Assembly: GCA_040218735.1 (NCBI GenBank)
Contig: JAVJQW010000042.1
Span: 256,001 to 320,000 of the forward strand
Source: Deltaproteobacteria bacterium
Lineage (GTDB): Bacteria > Myxococcota > Kuafuiibacteriia > Kuafuiibacteriales > Kuafuiibacteriaceae
Direction of reading: 5' to 3'
Length of the DNA stretch: 64,000 nt
The notes below the pieces were generated by a model, which was not told the origin of the DNA, searched no databases, and saw nothing but the letters and a program-made list of their open reading frames with translations. Position 1 is the stretch's first letter; each line of letters begins with the position of its first letter. Below, piece after piece: positions 57,416 to 64,000 of this stretch. The translations under genes were made by a program, and so were the position numbers.

Positions 57416-58563
57416 TGCGTGTCTTCATCAGCGCGGGGGAGGCCAGCGGCGACGCGCTTGGCGCCGCGCTGGTTCGGGAGCTCAAGGCCCGGCGGCCGGA
57501 TCTCATCGCTTACGGCATGGGCGGGCCGCGAATGCAGGCCGAGGGGTTCGAGGTCGTGAAGTCCTCGAACGAGCTGAACGTCGTGGGTTTGTTCGAGGTG
57601 CTACGGCACCTGCCGCGGCTGTTCCGCTTGCTCGACGAGCTCGCGCGCGCCGCCATCGCGGGGAAGCCGGACGTCGCGGTGCTGATCGACGTGCCCGACT
57701 TCAACGTGCGCCTCGCCCGGCGCCTCACGCGCGCGAAGGTTCCGGTGGCGGGCTACGTCGGACCGTCGGTGTGGGCGTGGCGCGCGGGGCGGACCAAGAC
57801 GTTCAAGCGGTGGATGAACCGGATGCTGGTGCTGTTCCCGTTCGAGGTCGACGTTTGGCGCGACGCGGGGATGGACGTGGAGTGCGTCGGTCACCCGCTG
57901 CTCGACGAGGTGGCGCCGGCGCCGATCGCGCTCGCGAAGCCGCGGGTGGTGGCGTTGCTGCCGGGGAGTCGGCACTCGGAGATCAAGCGGCACCTCGAGG
58001 TGATGCTGCGGACGGCGAAGCGCCTGCGCGACGACGGGTTGGTGGATCGCTTCGTCCTCCCCGTCGCGCCGACGCTCGACCTCGACGCGCTCGCCGCGCG
58101 CGTAGACGAGCACGGGTTGTCGGAGGTCGTGACGCTCGTGGAGGCGGACGCCGAGGCGCGCCGGAAAGCGATCGCGGAGAGCTCCGTCGCGTTGGTGGCG
58201 AGCGGTACGGCGACGCTCGAGACCACCTTGGTCGGTCGCCCGCAGGTCATCTTCTATCGCGTGAACTGGCTGTCGTTCTGGATCGGCCGGATGCTGATGA
58301 AGGTGAAACACTTCGGCCTCCCGAACATCATCGCGGGGCGGGAGATCGCCCCGGAGCTGCTGCAGGGGGAGCTCAACGTCGACCGGCTCTACGGTGAGGC
58401 GCAGAGGCTCCTCGCCGACGAGCAGGCGCGGCAAGTTGCCTTGCAAGGGGTCGAGGAAGTGCGCGAGCGCCTCGGCGAGGCGCGTGCCGCCGCGCGGGCG
58501 GCGGAGGCGGTGCTGGCGATGGTGCCGGAAGCCCTCCCGGCCGGGGATCACTCCGGACCGTAG
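57415..58563 (+). CDS. lpxB: Lipid-A-disaccharide synthase
   Basis: AGEASGD, IDVPDFN, PSVWAWR, LFPFE, VGHPL, LLPGSR, SGTATLE, LPNI. Confidence 0.95.
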   Translation: MRVFISAGEASGDALGAALVRELKARRPDLIAYGMGGPRMQAEGFEVVKSSNELNVVGLFEVLRHLPRLFRLLDELARAAIAGKPDVAVLIDVPDFNVRLARRLTRAKVPVAGYVGPSVWAWRAGRTKTFKRWMNRMLVLFPFEVDVWRDAGMDVECVGHPLLDEVAPAPIALAKPRVVALLPGSRHSEIKRHLEVMLRTAKRLRDDGLVDRFVLPVAPTLDLDALAARVDEHGLSEVVTLVEADAEARRKAIAESSVALVASGTATLETTLVGRPQVIFYRVNWLSFWIGRMLMKVKHFGLPNIIAGREIAPELLQGELNVDRLYGEAQRLLADEQARQVALQGVEEVRERLGEARAAARAAEAVLAMVPEALPAGDHSGP

Positions 58564-58606
58564 AAGCTGATGTTCAGCCGGTGCGCGGCGACGCGATGAC
58601 TTCAGA

Positions 58607-59818
58607 TCATCGCAGGCCTTGGATCTCTGCGGCGATCCCGGACATCGAGAAGGCGACGGAGAACGCGTCCTGCGCCCGCGGAGACTGTACGCAGCTCTTT
58701 GGATCGTCGGGATCGACAGGGAGGATCGTGTTGGCGGGGCACGATGCGGTCGCGCTCGGGCAGACCGGGTTACCGGTGCCGTCGCAGCAGAGATCGACGA
58801 GGCCGTCGCCGTCGCGATCGAAGAAACACTCCCGCCCGTCGCCGTCCACGTCGATGTCCGGGTCCTGGAGTCCCTGGGAGCGGACGAGGGAGTACAGGTC
58901 GTCGGCGAGGGCGACCGGACACCGTGGTGAGACGGTCCTGCAGTAGGGGTTCCTGTTCGACGCGAGGTTGCCCACCGGCATCGCGCCGGCGAGGACACCC
59001 GCAGTCAACGTGAACATGCCCTCGTCGATCACGCCGGTGAAGGACGCGTTGAAGAGATCGACCACGAACGTCGGCGGCTCACACGCCGAGGGGATCACAC
59101 GCGCGTTCACGGCGTGTGTGGTTTCGATGCGGTAGTCGACGATACGCGCGGGGATGCGGGCGGTCGGCTGTCCGTTGCCGTCCAGTCGGCTGCTCCGCAC
59201 GAGGAACTGGCAACAGGTCGTGTGTCCCGGCGGGACCTTGAAGTTGTTCGCGGGGAAGAACGGATCGTCGGCGTCGGCGAGGACGTAGATCTTGATCGTG
59301 ACGGATCGATCGTAGCCGCGGAACGGGGTCGTCAGCCCCGCGATCTCCACGCCGATGAGCGTCTCGCCGCCGAGCAACCCTTGTCGGATCTGGTCGTTCG
59401 CGAGGTCGCCCAGCGGTGCGAGCGCATTGTCGAGGCACACGCCGTTGCGGCACTTCCCGTCGACGTTCGCGCCGACCGTCGCTGGCGCGATGGCCACCGT
59501 GTTGATCACGAACGTGGGGCCCGACGCGACGGGGTCGTCCCAGCCGTCGGGCGGGAAGGGCGCCTCGCCGGTGCACTGTTCGAGCGGGATCTCTTCGCGA
59601 ACGCAGCGGCCGTTTTCGTCGCAGAAGGGTTCCGTCGAACAGCACACGCTGCTGCCGTCACACGCGAAGGACGCGCAGTCCGAGGCGACGGTGCAGTCGC
59701 TCACGCACGCGCCGCCTTCGCAGTAGGTGCCGGACGGGCATGACGATTCGGTGCAGGTGTCGCTGCAGGCGGCGGCGAGCAGCAACGCGAGGACGGCTCC
59801 GCGGACGATCGGCGGCAC
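58607..59818 (-). CDS. Cys-rich lipoprotein
   Basis: Lipobox LAAAC; N-terminal Cys-rich repeats; DxDGDG Ca-binding-like motifs near the C-terminus. Confidence 0.75.
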   Translation of the reverse strand: MPPIVRGAVLALLLAAACSDTCTESSCPSGTYCEGGACVSDCTVASDCASFACDGSSVCCSTEPFCDENGRCVREEIPLEQCTGEAPFPPDGWDDPVASGPTFVINTVAIAPATVGANVDGKCRNGVCLDNALAPLGDLANDQIRQGLLGGETLIGVEIAGLTTPFRGYDRSVTIKIYVLADADDPFFPANNFKVPPGHTTCCQFLVRSSRLDGNGQPTARIPARIVDYRIETTHAVNARVIPSACEPPTFVVDLFNASFTGVIDEGMFTLTAGVLAGAMPVGNLASNRNPYCRTVSPRCPVALADDLYSLVRSQGLQDPDIDVDGDGRECFFDRDGDGLVDLCCDGTGNPVCPSATASCPANTILPVDPDDPKSCVQSPRAQDAFSVAFSMSGIAAEIQGLR

Positions 59819-59833
59819 GGCCGCAGTATGCCT

Positions 59834-60652
59834 CTACTCGGGCGTTGGCTGCGAGGCGGGCTGCGAGGCCGGAGGCGCGGGTCGGGACGACGGGTTCTTC
59901 GGCGCGCCGAGCTCCGCGAAGGGGTCCTCGTCGAACATCATCGAGACGTCGTTGGCGCCGGCGAGGCCTTCGATTTCGAACGGGATCAGCCAGTCGTGCT
60001 TCGTCGAGATCTGCGCCCCCGTCTGCAGGGTCTGGTAGCGCTCCCAGGTCACGGCGAGGCCGCCGACGGGGATGATGTCGACCCACATCTTCCAGCGGTT
60101 CGGTTTCCAGCGGCCGTCGTGGAAGAAGAGGTACTTGTCGCCGGGGGTCACGCCGCCGGAGCCGTAGCTCACGAGGAGCGCCTGTTTGTTGCCTTCGAGC
60201 TCGACGATCTCGCGCGTGACACCTTCGTTGAAGAAGGTGGCCATCGGGTTGAGCCAGAACGTGTCGTTGACGAAGCGGACGTTGGCTTCTTCGAGCGCCG
60301 CCTTCGCTGCGTCGCCCTCGACTACTTCGCCCTTCACGCGCACGATCCCGCTGCGGTCGTCGAGGCGCATCAACACCTCGGTCTCACCCCAGCGAATGCG
60401 CGCGTAGCGGCGGTTCCGATCCCACACGTGTTGGAAGCGCCCACCGAAGTCGAAGCGCACGATGCCGGTCGCGTTCCACCGGTCCATCTCCACGGCGCCC
60501 TGCATTCGGCGCGCGAGGAGGTCGGCGAAGGGGCCCGCCTTGCCGGTCGGCGGTGCTTCGTCGGCGACGACGATCGTGATGACGAGCGCGGCGACGAGCA
60601 CGAGGAGGAGGGCGGCGATGCGAACGAGCCAACGTTTCATCGGGACCTTCAT
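59834..60652 (-). CDS. Exported/membrane-anchored hypothetical protein
   Basis: N-terminal TM; FVNDTFWL and GGVTPGDKY motifs. Start at 60652 or 60640. Confidence 0.7.
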   Translation of the reverse strand: MKVPMKRWLVRIAALLLVLVAALVITIVVADEAPPTGKAGPFADLLARRMQGAVEMDRWNATGIVRFDFGGRFQHVWDRNRRYARIRWGETEVLMRLDDRSGIVRVKGEVVEGDAAKAALEEANVRFVNDTFWLNPMATFFNEGVTREIVELEGNKQALLVSYGSGGVTPGDKYLFFHDGRWKPNRWKMWVDIIPVGGLAVTWERYQTLQTGAQISTKHDWLIPFEIEGLAGANDVSMMFDEDPFAELGAPKNPSSRPAPPASQPASQPTPE

Positions 60653-60729
60653 CAACCGCAAGGGGCGCCGCATGTAAACCGATGGCGCCGGTGGCGCTCG
60701 CCGGGGGCGTCTGGTAAGCGGGCGGGGTC

Positions 60730-61434
60730 GTGCGCACCGTCATCTGCATGCCCACGTACAACGAGCGCGAGAACCTCCCGTCGCTCCTCGAAGAGATCTT
60801 CGCGACCGTCGAGGGCGTCGACGTCATGGTCCTCGACGACAACTCACCCGACGGGACGGGCGCCGCGGCGGATGGGTTGGCCAAGAAACACAAACGCCTG
60901 CAGGTCGTGCACCGGCCGGGGAAGGCCGGCATCGCCGCCGCGTACGCGGACGGGTTCGCGCGTGCGATCGAGCAGGGCTACGACCGCATCTTCCAGATGG
61001 ACGCGGACTACTCCCACCAGCCGCGTTACCTGCCAAAGCTGATCGAGGCGCTCGACCGCGCCGACATGGTGATCGGATCGCGTTACGTGGAGGGGGGGCG
61101 CGTCGAGCAGTGGTCGGCGCCGCGTCGCCTGCTGTCGCGCGCCGGAAACACGTACGCCAACACGCTCCTCGGGCTCCCCTACCGCGACGCGACGGCCGGG
61201 TTCTGCGGGTACCGCCGGCACGTCCTCGAGGCGATCGAGCTGGGGTCGAGCACGAAGGACAACCACGCGTTCCAGGTCGAGCTGAAGCTCCGCGTGCACG
61301 AGAAGGGCTTCACGATCGTCGAGGTGCCCATCGTGTTCTGGGACCGCGTGGTGGGGGCGTCGAAGCTGCCGCCGCGCGCGGCGCTCGGGTCGGCGATGCG
61401 GATCCTGCGCCTGCGTATCAAAGGCACCGACTGA
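60730..61434 (+). CDS. Polyprenol-phosphate glycosyltransferase (GT2, Ppm1/DPM1-like)
   Basis: PTYNERENL, DDNSPDGTG, QMDADYSHQP, GSRY, FQVE, EVPIVF.DR..G.SK. Confidence 0.9.
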   Translation: MRTVICMPTYNERENLPSLLEEIFATVEGVDVMVLDDNSPDGTGAAADGLAKKHKRLQVVHRPGKAGIAAAYADGFARAIEQGYDRIFQMDADYSHQPRYLPKLIEALDRADMVIGSRYVEGGRVEQWSAPRRLLSRAGNTYANTLLGLPYRDATAGFCGYRRHVLEAIELGSSTKDNHAFQVELKLRVHEKGFTIVEVPIVFWDRVVGASKLPPRAALGSAMRILRLRIKGTD

Positions 61435-61442
61435 ACCGCGAC

Positions 61443-62822
61443 GTGGACAAGAGGGCCGGTCTCGTCGTCGTCGGCGCGCTCATGATCGCGGCGGCGTACT
61501 GCCTCCCGCCGGCGTTCGACGAGGTCTACTACTGGACCTGGGCGTCCGCTCCGGGGTGGACGTACTACGACCACCCGCCCGGCGTCGCGTGGGCGATCGC
61601 CGCGGCGCGTGTGGTGTTCGGCGACGGGCTCCTCGCGCTTCGTGTGGTCGGGCTCGGTGGTGCGGCGGTCGTTGCGGTCGCCTCCGTCGCGTCGGCGCGG
61701 CGCCTCGCAGACGATCCGCGCGATGCAAGCTACCTTGCGCTGCTCACCCTCGCGGGCTCGATGATGTTCGTCATCGGCTACCTCCCGGCGACGCCCGACG
61801 TCGTCCAGGGGGCGGTGCTCGCGCTCGCCACACATGCGTTGATCCGGTCGCGGACCTCGCGCGTGGCGGCGGTGGTGGCGGCCGCGCTGTTCGTCGGAGG
61901 CATCGTCGTCAAACACTCCTCGGCGCTGGTGTTGATCGGCGTGGCGGCGACGCTCGTGATGCGCCGGCCGCGGGTGTTCAACTCGCCCTGGCCGTGGTTG
62001 GGCGCTGCGCTCGGCGCTGCGCTCCTCGTGCCGTGGTGGCTCGCGGACACCGAGGGCTCGACCGCGTTCCAGGCGGCGCGCGTGTTCTCGGCGGCGAAGG
62101 TCCGCGGCGTGGTCGGGGTGCCGCTGACGGTCGGCGCGATGTTGCTGACGCTCGGCGTGCCCTTCACGGTCGCGTTCTTCGCGCTGCCGATGCGCCGCCT
62201 CTCGGTGGTGGAGTCCGCGCTGACCGCCGGCGCGTGGTGCCTCGTGTTGGCGTGCGCGGTCGCGGCGTGGCTCGGGACGGGGGAGATCAACTGGGTAATG
62301 CCGGCTCTGGTCGTCGCGCTGCCGGTGGCCGTCGCGCGCCTGTCGGCGAAGCGTCGGAGGCTCTACGTCGTGGTGACCGCGGTGACCGCCGCGGTCTGGG
62401 CGGCCGGGCTCCTCCACATCGTCACGCCGTATCTCCCCCTCGAGCCCGCGAAGGACCGGACGCTCCGCTCCGCGGGGTTCGACGTGATCGCCGCCGAGGC
62501 CGAGGCGCTCGCCCGGACCCACGGCGCCGACACCCTCGTCGCGCGTCGCTACCAGATCGCGAGCATGATGCGGTTCTGGACCGCCGACCGGCTCGCCGTC
62601 TACGAGCTCGGGACCTCCCGCGAGAGCCAGTACGACCGGTGGCCGCGACCGCCGCTTCGGGCGGGGGACCGCGCCGTGGTGGTGCTCCCCACCCAGCGCC
62701 TCCCGGACGGCCTGACGCCGATCGGCCCGGCGACGCGGGTCGAGCAGACCCGAGCCGGCCGGGCCCTCGGCACGTACGTGCTCACTCCCGTCGTAGTCTC
62801 GGCGGAATTTACCCGGCAGTAA
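61443..62822 (+). CDS. GT-C fold membrane glycosyltransferase (GT39/ArnT-like)
   Basis: DEVYYWTW, YYDHPPG, many TM helices, SQYDRW. GTG start at 61443. Confidence 0.8.
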   Translation: MDKRAGLVVVGALMIAAAYCLPPAFDEVYYWTWASAPGWTYYDHPPGVAWAIAAARVVFGDGLLALRVVGLGGAAVVAVASVASARRLADDPRDASYLALLTLAGSMMFVIGYLPATPDVVQGAVLALATHALIRSRTSRVAAVVAAALFVGGIVVKHSSALVLIGVAATLVMRRPRVFNSPWPWLGAALGAALLVPWWLADTEGSTAFQAARVFSAAKVRGVVGVPLTVGAMLLTLGVPFTVAFFALPMRRLSVVESALTAGAWCLVLACAVAAWLGTGEINWVMPALVVALPVAVARLSAKRRRLYVVVTAVTAAVWAAGLLHIVTPYLPLEPAKDRTLRSAGFDVIAAEAEALARTHGADTLVARRYQIASMMRFWTADRLAVYELGTSRESQYDRWPRPPLRAGDRAVVVLPTQRLPDGLTPIGPATRVEQTRAGRALGTYVLTPVVVSAEFTRQ

Positions 62823-63005
62823 CGCGGGGCGTCACGTGCGTGGGGCGCTGAATCGCCTGCGTGTCCAGCGGATGGGCCACAAATCCCCGTTCTGACCGCG
62901 TCTTGGGCGCGGAAGCGGACAACAACTGACGTCCGCGCGCCGATATCCTACATAACCTGACAAGGTGCGAAGGTGTCGTACCAGTTCAGGTGACGGGCGG
63001 CACCG

Positions 63006-64000
63006 ATGGGATTCTTGAACCGAGCGCTGGGGTGGAGGCCGATTCGAACGTCGGCCGTCGCGCCGACGCACGCTCGGCCCGCCGACCAGACGGCCGCCAC
63101 GCCCGTCGCCCCGGTCGTCGTCGAGGGGGCGCCGTCCGAGCTGATCAGCCCGCACCGCCTGCGGCTGACGAACGACGACGGCGAGATCGTCACCCGACCG
63201 GCGAGCAACTACTACGTGCACGAGGACGGGAGCCGGCGCCCGATCGTCGACGACCTCGCGAAGCTCGTGCTCAGCCGCCCGGCCGAGGCGCAGCGAATGT
63301 TCGCCGACCGCATCACGCGGGCGCACGCCGACGCAGAGATGTCGTTCCGCGTGAAGGACCCCGAGACCGGCGCCTACGACAAGGTGTTCGAGGTCCCGTG
63401 TCACCCGAACCCCATCCCCCTCGAGCAGCGGCACTTCGACGCGCTCGTGGAGTCGACCGGCCCCGTGATGCGCTCGCTGCGCGAGCTGCTCCAGGTCTTC
63501 TACTCGAAGCCCGACGCCACCGCGGAAGACCTCGGCCTCGCCGACCTGCCCGCTGAGGAGCGCGACCGGTTGATGGAGACGATACGCGGGTCGGTCTACT
63601 TCGAGCCGAAGCTCGTCGACGCCAACATGGCCGACTACCCGTTCCTCTCCGTCGCCGGGTTCGACGCTGCCGTCGGTGACCTCGACGATCCGGATCCCAT
63701 CTTCTTCGAGTTCAACCTCGGGACGCCGAGTGGACTGTCGAACAACATCCAGCTCCTCGAAGTCCTGCGCGAGCAGGACCCCGAGATGTACGAAGTGCTC
63801 CGGCAGCGCCTCCCGAAGGACGAGACGTTCACGATCCTCGCGGATGCGATCCGCTCCAACGCAGAGGCGTGGACGAAGCGCCCCGACGGCATATCCGTCG
63901 TCATCGGCCCCGGCGTCGCGAACGGCGCGCACCCTGACGTCGCGTCGATCGCACACTACTCCGGGATGCCGCTCGTGAACCCGAGCGACCTCTACGAAGA
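63006..64000 (+). CDS. Circularly permuted ATP-grasp (type 2)-like protein (runs off window edge)
   Basis: Not in ORF track; manual translation from ATG 63006: VAGFD, FEFNLGTPSGLS (cf. EDNLRxPSGxS), VVIGPGVANGAH, GMPLVNPSDL. Confidence 0.75.
   Translation, partial: MGFLNRALGWRPIRTSAVAPTHARPADQTAATPVAPVVVEGAPSELISPHRLRLTNDDGEIVTRPASNYYVHEDGSRRPIVDDLAKLVLSRPAEAQRMFADRITRAHADAEMSFRVKDPETGAYDKVFEVPCHPNPIPLEQRHFDALVESTGPVMRSLRELLQVFYSKPDATAEDLGLADLPAEERDRLMETIRGSVYFEPKLVDANMADYPFLSVAGFDAAVGDLDDPDPIFFEFNLGTPSGLSNNIQLLEVLREQDPEMYEVLRQRLPKDETFTILADAIRSNAEAWTKRPDGISVVIGPGVANGAHPDVASIAHYSGMPLVNPSDLYE

Overview
High-GC (~65-72% in sampled lines), gene-dense chromosomal segment from a diderm bacterium. 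It is most consistent with Myxococcota or a related deltaproteobacterial lineage (MglA-like GTPase, Cys-rich lipoproteins, Hanks-type kinase, FHA and PilZ proteins, lipid A genes); this assignment is inference only. About 55 CDS are supportable, and most long entries in the ORF track are antisense shadows. I recognised no rRNA, tRNA, CRISPR array or transposase. Housekeeping blocks: dksA-like, thpR, yghU, a CpxP/R/A-like envelope-stress trio, map, gshB, degP-like, two acyl-CoA dehydrogenases, skp-lpxD-fabZ-lpxA-lpxB, and a GT2+GT39 pair. Two edge genes are missing from the ORF track: a tandem-KS PUFA-synthase-like PKS (<1..1725, minus) and a circularly permuted ATP-grasp protein (63006..>64000). 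The most interesting part is 3.7-17 kb: (i) a low-GC TIR-STAND NTPase-TM receptor; (ii) a candidate signal-gated trans-membrane electron conduit (2x cNMP-binding + 4x[4Fe-4S] + di-heme-b-like membrane domain; 2x FHA + 7-heme cytochrome; a divergent 9-heme c7-type cytochrome); and (iii) tandem PilZ-(GNAT-like) paralogs translationally coupled to a heme-oxygenase-like diiron enzyme. Other notable items: a recurring TAnnnT hexamer 6-8 nt before start codons (leaderless-type expression), an effector-less LysR with a perfect ATAC-N7-GTAT box, an internally deleted CsgA-like SDR, and a degenerate MglA paralog. All family calls come from motif recognition by eye; no database searches were run.
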